Assembly (NCBI GenBank): GCA_965238005.1 | Contig: OZ250165.1 | Coordinates: forward strand, 4,160,001 to 4,224,000 | Direction: 5' to 3' | Origin: Longimicrobiales bacterium | GTDB taxonomy: Bacteria; Gemmatimonadota; Gemmatimonadetes; Longimicrobiales; Gaopeijiaceae | Length of the DNA: 64,000 bases | Part shown: one piece after another, positions 58,624 through 64,000 of the stretch | Numbering within the stretch: position 1 is the stretch's first letter | Layout: each line of letters starts with the position of its first letter | The notes under the pieces: generated by a model | Told to the model about the DNA's origin: nothing | The model's database searches: none | Seen by the model: the letters and a program-made list of their open reading frames with translations, nothing else | Made by a program: the position numbers and the translations under genes

Positions 58624-60225
58624 GAGTCTGCGCCGCAGAAGCACAGCTGACTGAGCCGAATGGTCATCGAGCCGTCCGCGGCGAGGCGGATCCGGGTGAT
58701 TGGGAGGTTGAGGACTTGTGTCTGCGACGGATCGGGAGAGCGGAATGGATGCGTTGGGGGGGGCAAGAGAGCTACGAGAGCCCTCGCGCCGGCAGATGCG
58801 GGTGAACCCTCGTGCAGTCATGCCGCCTGAAGGGTGTGCAGCCGCTTCACATTGAGTGCCAGGCACACGAGGGTCCACTCGGCCCGGACCTTCTCGAGGC
58901 CCCGGAAGCTGAATCGTCGAAAGCCCATCACTTCCTTGATCCAGCCGATGGGCGCCTCGGCCTGCGACTTTCGCCGTGCGTAGCGTCTGCGGCCATCTTC
59001 GCTCGCCAGCTTCTCCGCCATGCGGACTTTCGCCGGATATTCCTCCTTGTCAACCGTGGGGGCGGCCTTGCCCTCCCGGGCCAGCGCCACATACCCGTCG
59101 ATGTCTCGCTCTTCCAGTTCCTCGAGATCCCGCTCGTTGCAATAGCCCGTGTCCGCCAGCACCTGCGCCGGCGTCTCGCCGTACGCTTGCGCCACCGCGT
59201 CGACCATGGGCACCAGCTGGCCCTGGTCGCTCGCGTTGTCCGTCACCTCGGCCCCGACCACCAGCTGGTTCTCCCCCTCCACGACCGTCTGTGCGTTGTA
59301 GCACTGCTGGAACCCCTCCGAACTCGTCTTCATGATCCGGCTCTCAGGGTCCGTGAAGTTGCTCTGCGCCGCCTCGTCCGGCTCTCCGTACTCCCGCTTG
59401 TAGGGCCTGCCGCCCTTCGGGTTGCGCGTCTGCCCCGGCTTGCGGCCCCGTGCGTCGTCCGCCGCTCTCTGCTCGGCTTCCAGGCGCGCCTTCGCCTCCC
59501 GGATCGCCGCCAGCCGGTCCTCGCGCCGCTTGAGCTCCTCCGGCACCTCGTCTCCGCATGCTTCCTCGCCGTAGCGCTCGTCTTCCGCTTCGTCCACCGC
59601 CTCGGCCCTCTCCAACAGCCCCCGGATCTCCGCCTCCAGCCGAGGCTCCCCGGTCACCATCCGGCCGTAGCTCATCGCCTTGCGCTTGTTCGCGTTCGCC
59701 CGAACCTTCGTCCCGTCCACCGACACCCTGCCAAGCCCCGCCAGCCCCAAGGCCCGCGCGAGCATCACCACCTCCACAAACACCGCCCGGAAATCCCCGA
59801 GATGGCGCTTGCGGAACTCGCACAGCGTCCGGTGCTTCGGGAAGTTCTCCGCCGCCAGCATCCGAAACGCGACATCCTCCTCCAGCTTCCTCGCCATCTT
59901 CCGCGACGAGAAGGTGCCCGTCGCATACGCGTAGATCAGCACCTTGACCATCATCCGAGGGTCGTACGGCGAGTTGCGCCGCCCGTCCCCCCGGTACCGC
60001 CCGTAGAACGCGCTCAGCTCCACCGCGTCCACCAGGTCGCTCACATGGTGCGCCAAATGACCCTCCGACACCCACTCCCGAAGATCCGGAGGCAGCAACA
60101 ACATCTGCTCCGGATCGTACGGTCGAAATGTCGTTCCCATTCACCCCCCTCGGTGATCCGCAAGCCTTCCCAATGCCTTCGCTACCACCAAAGATAGCCG
60201 CCGCAGGGTTCTGCGGCGCAGACTC
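58624..60225 (-). mobile_element. IS1182-family insertion sequence, apparently complete (1602 bp)
   Basis: Perfect 17-bp TIRs GAGTCTGCGCCGCAGAA / TTCTGCGGCGCAGACTC, with CTAG duplicated at 58620-23 and 60226-29. Confidence 0.93.
58818..60140 (-). CDS. IS1182-family DDE transposase
   Basis: QMLLLPPDL...YDPRMMVKVLIYAY..GTFSSR...VDGTKVRANA...TDPESRIMK...ADTGY...E...GFRRF..RGLEKV. Confidence 0.93.
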   Translation of the reverse strand: MGTTFRPYDPEQMLLLPPDLREWVSEGHLAHHVSDLVDAVELSAFYGRYRGDGRRNSPYDPRMMVKVLIYAYATGTFSSRKMARKLEEDVAFRMLAAENFPKHRTLCEFRKRHLGDFRAVFVEVVMLARALGLAGLGRVSVDGTKVRANANKRKAMSYGRMVTGEPRLEAEIRGLLERAEAVDEAEDERYGEEACGDEVPEELKRREDRLAAIREAKARLEAEQRAADDARGRKPGQTRNPKGGRPYKREYGEPDEAAQSNFTDPESRIMKTSSEGFQQCYNAQTVVEGENQLVVGAEVTDNASDQGQLVPMVDAVAQAYGETPAQVLADTGYCNERDLEELEERDIDGYVALAREGKAAPTVDKEEYPAKVRMAEKLASEDGRRRYARRKSQAEAPIGWIKEVMGFRRFSFRGLEKVRAEWTLVCLALNVKRLHTLQAA

Positions 60226-60231
60226 CTAGGT

Positions 60232-60765
60232 ATGGGTGAGCTTCCGCTTCCGGCGCTTTTCTTCCTCTTCGGGGCCTTCGCGCTCCTCTCAGCCGGCCTG
60301 AAAGGCCGCTCGAGCAGGCGTGCTGGCGGGGGCGTCTCGGTCTTGACGCTCGTAGAGGGTCTCGCGGGCGTCGTCCTGATGGTGACGACGCTGCCGGGGG
60401 TGTTCCCCGTACGCGTTACAGGCAGCGTCGGGATAGGGACCGCCGTGCTGGTTCTGCTCTCGACCGTGATGCACCTGGGACAGGTGCGGGCCCTGAGCCG
60501 GGCTCGAGAGGAGTCGGCGGGTCAGCGGCTCTACACCTCCATAAGGTATGGATCGGATGACGGCCCCGCGGAGGAGAGTGCTACCGAGCCTGAGGAGAGC
60601 CCCGCGGAGTCGGAGGCGGTGGATCCGATCGCGGCCGCCCTCCGGAGCGGGCACTTCGACGAGGAAGCCTTCCTGAGAAGCACCTCCGGTGAGAGGGGGA
60701 CCCAAGGAGACGGCGACGCCGTTCCGGCGGGTGAGGATCTCCCCGAAGGGGAAGAGGAGCCGTAA
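60232..60765 (+). CDS. Hypothetical 3-TM membrane protein with an acidic tail
   Basis: Three hydrophobic segments and an E/D-rich C-terminus; starts 2 bp after the IS target duplication. Confidence 0.55.
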   Translation: MGELPLPALFFLFGAFALLSAGLKGRSSRRAGGGVSVLTLVEGLAGVVLMVTTLPGVFPVRVTGSVGIGTAVLVLLSTVMHLGQVRALSRAREESAGQRLYTSIRYGSDDGPAEESATEPEESPAESEAVDPIAAALRSGHFDEEAFLRSTSGERGTQGDGDAVPAGEDLPEGEEEP

Positions 60766-60835
60766 ACTCCCAGGGATCCCGATTTCCGTCCTCCTGCACC
60801 CTGAGACGGCCATTATTCCCGCTCCGGGCGATCTG

Positions 60836-61192
60836 TATAACCTCGAGCGCCTGTCCAGGCGGGTGGTCATGGGGCTCGCTCGGACCGGATCCTACGCCGC
60901 CAACGGCTCCGGAGACTACGTGATCTCCTTCTCGACCTCGCCCGAGGTTCGCCGCGTCCGGTCGAATCGGGGACCCTGGCCCGGAGAGTCACTGCTGAAC
61001 GCGCAGCTGTCGCCGCTCTTCGCAGCCGCTGCCGAGGCCACGGAAGGGGCCATCTACAACGCCATGTTCAAGGCGACGACGGTCACGAGCGCTCGTGGGA
61101 CCGTGGAAGCCATCCCCCTGGAAGAGACGCCGGAGATCCTGCGGAAGTACAACGCGCTGAACTGGGACCGTCTCCGGCCACACGGGCGCTGA
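60836..61192 (+). pseudogene. Peptidase S58/DmpA (P1) family, C-terminal fragment
   Basis: LERLSRRVVMGLARTGSYAANGSGDYVISFST...LSPLFAAAAEATEGAIYNAM; the 5' part is absent. Confidence 0.8.
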
Positions 61193-61248
61193 AATGAGTC
61201 GGTACAGGCATCCACAGGATCAACCTCTCTCGACACTAGGAGAAGATC

Positions 61249-61731
61249 ATGCTGAAGTCGACCCAACTGATGGTCGTTGCAATCACCCTTGGACTGATGG
61301 CGTGCCGGCCCCCCGCCCCTGACGCCGCCGCCGCGACCCAGACCGCCCTCGACATCGAGTACCTGACGACGCCGGAGATGCAGGGGTTGGGAGTTCCGTT
61401 CTCGGAGGCAGTGAGGGTTGGCTCGATGCTGTACCTGTCGGGGCAGTTGGGGAACGTCCCGGGGACCAGGGAGATGGCACCGGGGGGTATCCAAGGGGAG
61501 ACGCGCCAGACGATGGAGAACATCCGAGCCGTCCTGGAGCGCTACGGGTCGTCGATGGACCGGGTGGTGAAGTGCACGGCCATGATCGACGACATGGCTG
61601 AGTGGCCGGCGATGAACGAGGTCTACGCCGAGTTCTTCCCGGGGCCCAAGCCGGTTCGATCCGCCTTCGGTGCGGATGGTCTCGCTCTGGGAGCGAAGGT
61701 CGAGATCGAGTGCTGGGCCACGGTGGGTTAG
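61249..61731 (+). CDS. RidA/YjgF-family lipoprotein
   Basis: Lipobox LMAC; PFSEAVRVG..LYLSGQLG...KCTAMIDDM.EWPAMNEVY...PVRSAFG...VEIEC. Confidence 0.9.
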   Translation: MLKSTQLMVVAITLGLMACRPPAPDAAAATQTALDIEYLTTPEMQGLGVPFSEAVRVGSMLYLSGQLGNVPGTREMAPGGIQGETRQTMENIRAVLERYGSSMDRVVKCTAMIDDMAEWPAMNEVYAEFFPGPKPVRSAFGADGLALGAKVEIECWATVG

Positions 61732-61909
61732 TGTCCCGTTACCAAAGTGTCTCGGCCAGTCGAGGGCACGGTGCATCCGTGGGCTCGGCGTTGGAACTCC
61801 TTGTGACCACGCTTCGCGCGGTGCCCGCTTGCGCTACGCCGCGTCGTCCCGCCTTGATCCCCCGGCGCCCCGACCCTCTTGGTGGCTCGCGAACTTCGGA
61901 AACGGAACA
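61732..61909. mobile_element. MITE, long (178 bp) copy, opposite orientation to 36880-36966
   Basis: TIRs TGTCCCGTTACCAAAGT / ACTTCGGAAACGGAACA, flanked by TTAG and CTAG. Shares both arms with the short copy and has an extra ~90-bp core. Confidence 0.88.
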
Positions 61910-61916
61910 CTAGGTC

Positions 61917-63158
61917 CTAAAGCAGCGCCATCACGAGCCCGCTGCGGATCTTGGGCTCGAACCAGGTGGACTTCGGCGGCATGTGGCGATTCTGCCTGCA
62001 CACCTCGATGAACTGCTCTATGGTGACCGCCGGCAGCGTGACCGCATAGGCCGCCCGTCCCTCGTCTACGGCGGCCTGGAGCCAGACGGCGTCCTTGTTG
62101 CTTCCCACGAAGGTCAGTCGGGGGTCCCCTGCATCGTCGATCCCGAAGACCTCGGCGAAGAGGTTCCGCTGCACGATGTCGGCGTCGATGGCCTCCACGG
62201 CGTTCTTCGGATCGAAGGTGCCGGGGAGTGGGCGCAGATGCATCCAGCCCTGCTCGGGTGAATAGAGTCCGACCCGGTGGGTTTCGGTGGGCTGATAGGC
62301 AGCCGACTCCAGGGACCCTCCGATCTCGAACTTCCTCGCTACCGCGGCCGTCAGTCCCGAGGCCGGATCTCCCGCGTCAGTCACGAGACGGTTGTACGGG
62401 TAGATGCTCATGGTAGCGGCGGGGAAGAACACCGCGAGGAAACTCTCGTAACCGAGCATGGCCGCGGCGGCGCTCCGGTGATTCCCGTCCGCCACGTACG
62501 CGTGGGGCTCCTCGGCGAGAAGTTGCCGGAAGCGTCCCATGGCGCTCGGATCGTCCACGATCCAGACCCGGTGCCGGTTCCCGTGGTGATCGGTGGCCTC
62601 GAAGTCGGGCTCCGAGGCGGCAGTATGGGCCTCCAGCGCGGCCTGAATCTCACCGGAGGTGTCGTCGATGGCGCTGTTCACTATGCCGATGATGGCACCG
62701 GTGGCCTCGATGAGGTCGGCCCGGCCGCGGGCCTTGGGCTCGCGGATGCCCTCGTTCCGAATGATCGTTCCCCCGGGCGTTGCCCCGGTTCGGATCTGGG
62801 CCGTGCGCGCCATCCCGCCCAGTCCGATTTGGGGAGCGTCCGGGCGCCTCGGGTCCTGGATCTCGTAGACCCACAGCATGTTCCGGACTTCGCGTGTGAG
62901 GTCGCTCTCGATGAGCTCGTCCATGTTGAGCTTCGCCCGGGTCAGGGACGCCGCCGATTCCCCCGCTGTGATGTCGGTGCGCGAGGGCGTGTCGCAGTGG
63001 GCCATGGTGACCCGGAGGACACTCATAGGATTCCCCTGGAGGAGATCCCAGATCTCACGGTCGCCCTGGAATTCGTCGTAGTTGGGGGCGCTGATCCGGG
63101 CGGCAGCCTCCGAGTCGACGGGGACCAGGGCGTGGGGAACGGGGGTGATCGTGATCAA
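61917..63158 (-). CDS. DUF1015 family protein
   Basis: APNYD...YVADGNHRSAAA...PYNRLV...MPPKSTWFEPKIRSGL. TTG start is inferred. Confidence 0.88.
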   Translation of the reverse strand: MITITPVPHALVPVDSEAAARISAPNYDEFQGDREIWDLLQGNPMSVLRVTMAHCDTPSRTDITAGESAASLTRAKLNMDELIESDLTREVRNMLWVYEIQDPRRPDAPQIGLGGMARTAQIRTGATPGGTIIRNEGIREPKARGRADLIEATGAIIGIVNSAIDDTSGEIQAALEAHTAASEPDFEATDHHGNRHRVWIVDDPSAMGRFRQLLAEEPHAYVADGNHRSAAAAMLGYESFLAVFFPAATMSIYPYNRLVTDAGDPASGLTAAVARKFEIGGSLESAAYQPTETHRVGLYSPEQGWMHLRPLPGTFDPKNAVEAIDADIVQRNLFAEVFGIDDAGDPRLTFVGSNKDAVWLQAAVDEGRAAYAVTLPAVTIEQFIEVCRQNRHMPPKSTWFEPKIRSGLVMALL

Positions 63159-63314
63159 GGTCGCCTCATCGGGGGAGTTGTGGTCAGATGCCCTCCGCTT
63201 GCGACAGTTTGAGGGACTTCCCCGTCGTTCACCAGGGGCGGCGTCCACCAGGGGCGGATCGCCTCATCGCCTAGGAAAGATCGCCCCGTCACCCGCGAGG
63301 CGGTGCCAAGTGAG

Positions 63315-64000
63315 TCAGGACCCCGCCAGGGCGATCAAGGCGTCGAGGAACCGCCCCAGGACCTGACTCTGGGCGGCCCCGAAGAGGTTCCAGCTGTTGA
63401 CCACCCCGACCAGATCGTGCTCGGGGAGCACCAAGAGGTACTGACCCCCGTAGCCCAAGCCGGCCCACACCTCCGTCCCCCTTCGGTCCAGCCTCCACCA
63501 CTGGTAGCCGTACCCGCGACCTGATCGGTCGACTCGCTCGACGCGACGGTCCGTTGAGGCCTCGGTCCACCCCTCGGGCAGGATGCGCCGCCCGTTCCAG
63601 ACGCCGTCGTTCAGGTAGAGGTATCCGAACTTGGCGAGCTGCTCTGCTTCCAGGTACAGGCCACCCTCGGTATCGGGAAAACCCTTCGGTGTCTTCTTCC
63701 AGTGGTAATCCTGAATACCCAAGGGCCCGAACAGGTGGGCCTCGGCGTACTCGTCGACGTACAGGCCAGTGGCCGCCTTGATGACACCCGACATGAGGTG
63801 GCTGCCGCCGCTGTTGTAGACCCACTTGGTGCCTGGGTCCGCGTCCATGGGTTGATCGAGGGTGAACTGGATCCAGTCTTCACTGGCCTCGAGCTGGATC
63901 GTCGTGTTGGTGGAGTTCATAGGCCGGTCGGTCTCGTGCCACTCGATCCCGGAGCGCATGGTGAGGAGGTCGTCGAGGGTGGCGTCGCGCAGCCGCCGGT
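63315..64000 (-). CDS. Serine hydrolase, beta-lactamase class C-like (5' end outside the window)
   Basis: TLDDLLTMRSG...YNS...LFGPLGI...GGL...KFGYLYLNDG.W.G.RI...YGYQWW...GLGYGGQ. Confidence 0.9.
   Translation of the reverse strand, partial: RRLRDATLDDLLTMRSGIEWHETDRPMNSTNTTIQLEASEDWIQFTLDQPMDADPGTKWVYNSGGSHLMSGVIKAATGLYVDEYAEAHLFGPLGIQDYHWKKTPKGFPDTEGGLYLEAEQLAKFGYLYLNDGVWNGRRILPEGWTEASTDRRVERVDRSGRGYGYQWWRLDRRGTEVWAGLGYGGQYLLVLPEHDLVGVVNSWNLFGAAQSQVLGRFLDALIALAGS

Noticed and set aside
1..64000. Many long antisense or alternate-frame ORFs (e.g. 1-585, 3161-4183, 9185-10555, 20253-21995, 58812-60197)
   Set aside because: They overlap well-supported genes and have Arg/Pro/Gly-rich, motif-free translations typical of high-GC shadows.
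1..64000. CRISPR array, rRNA, reverse transcriptase/retron or known defence system
   Set aside because: No regularly spaced repeats, rRNA-like sequence or diagnostic protein motifs were seen.

Overview
High-GC bacterial window, probably Gemmatimonadota. This is an inference from the accA-ricT(PSP1)-metG gene order and from Ser/Thr-kinase N-termini of the type LNAALEGRYAIERELGEGGMATVYLAEDLKH. 1-6.9 kb is core: metG, ricT, accA, a receiver/PIG-L fusion, an MFS transporter and an SDR. tRNA-Asn(GTT) at 6936-7008 is followed by a decayed island (~7-18.3 kb). The island holds a tyrosine-integrase remnant, two ~135-bp direct repeats ending in a candidate sigma70 promoter, kinase/cyclase/ComEC fragments, an IsdG-like ABM gene next to a secreted CxxCH beta-propeller protein, and an IS110 remnant with a structured non-coding end. 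Further on are periplasmic/redox genes (NHL, HupE/UreJ, PQQ dehydrogenases) and an NHEJ locus: ku and ligD divergent, with a MerR-HTH/TPR gene directly behind ku and a palindrome between ku and ligD. Also present: a GT2 + YdjC deacetylase + two methyltransferases + GT-C surface-modification operon, a PLP decarboxylase-DUF1326-DUF2182 operon, an ActP-like symporter, an intact IS1182-family element and two related MITEs. All three insertions abut TAG stop codons. Many genes carry frameshifts or large deletions; these may be real decay, assembly error or both. All family calls are from motif recognition by eye; no database searches were run.
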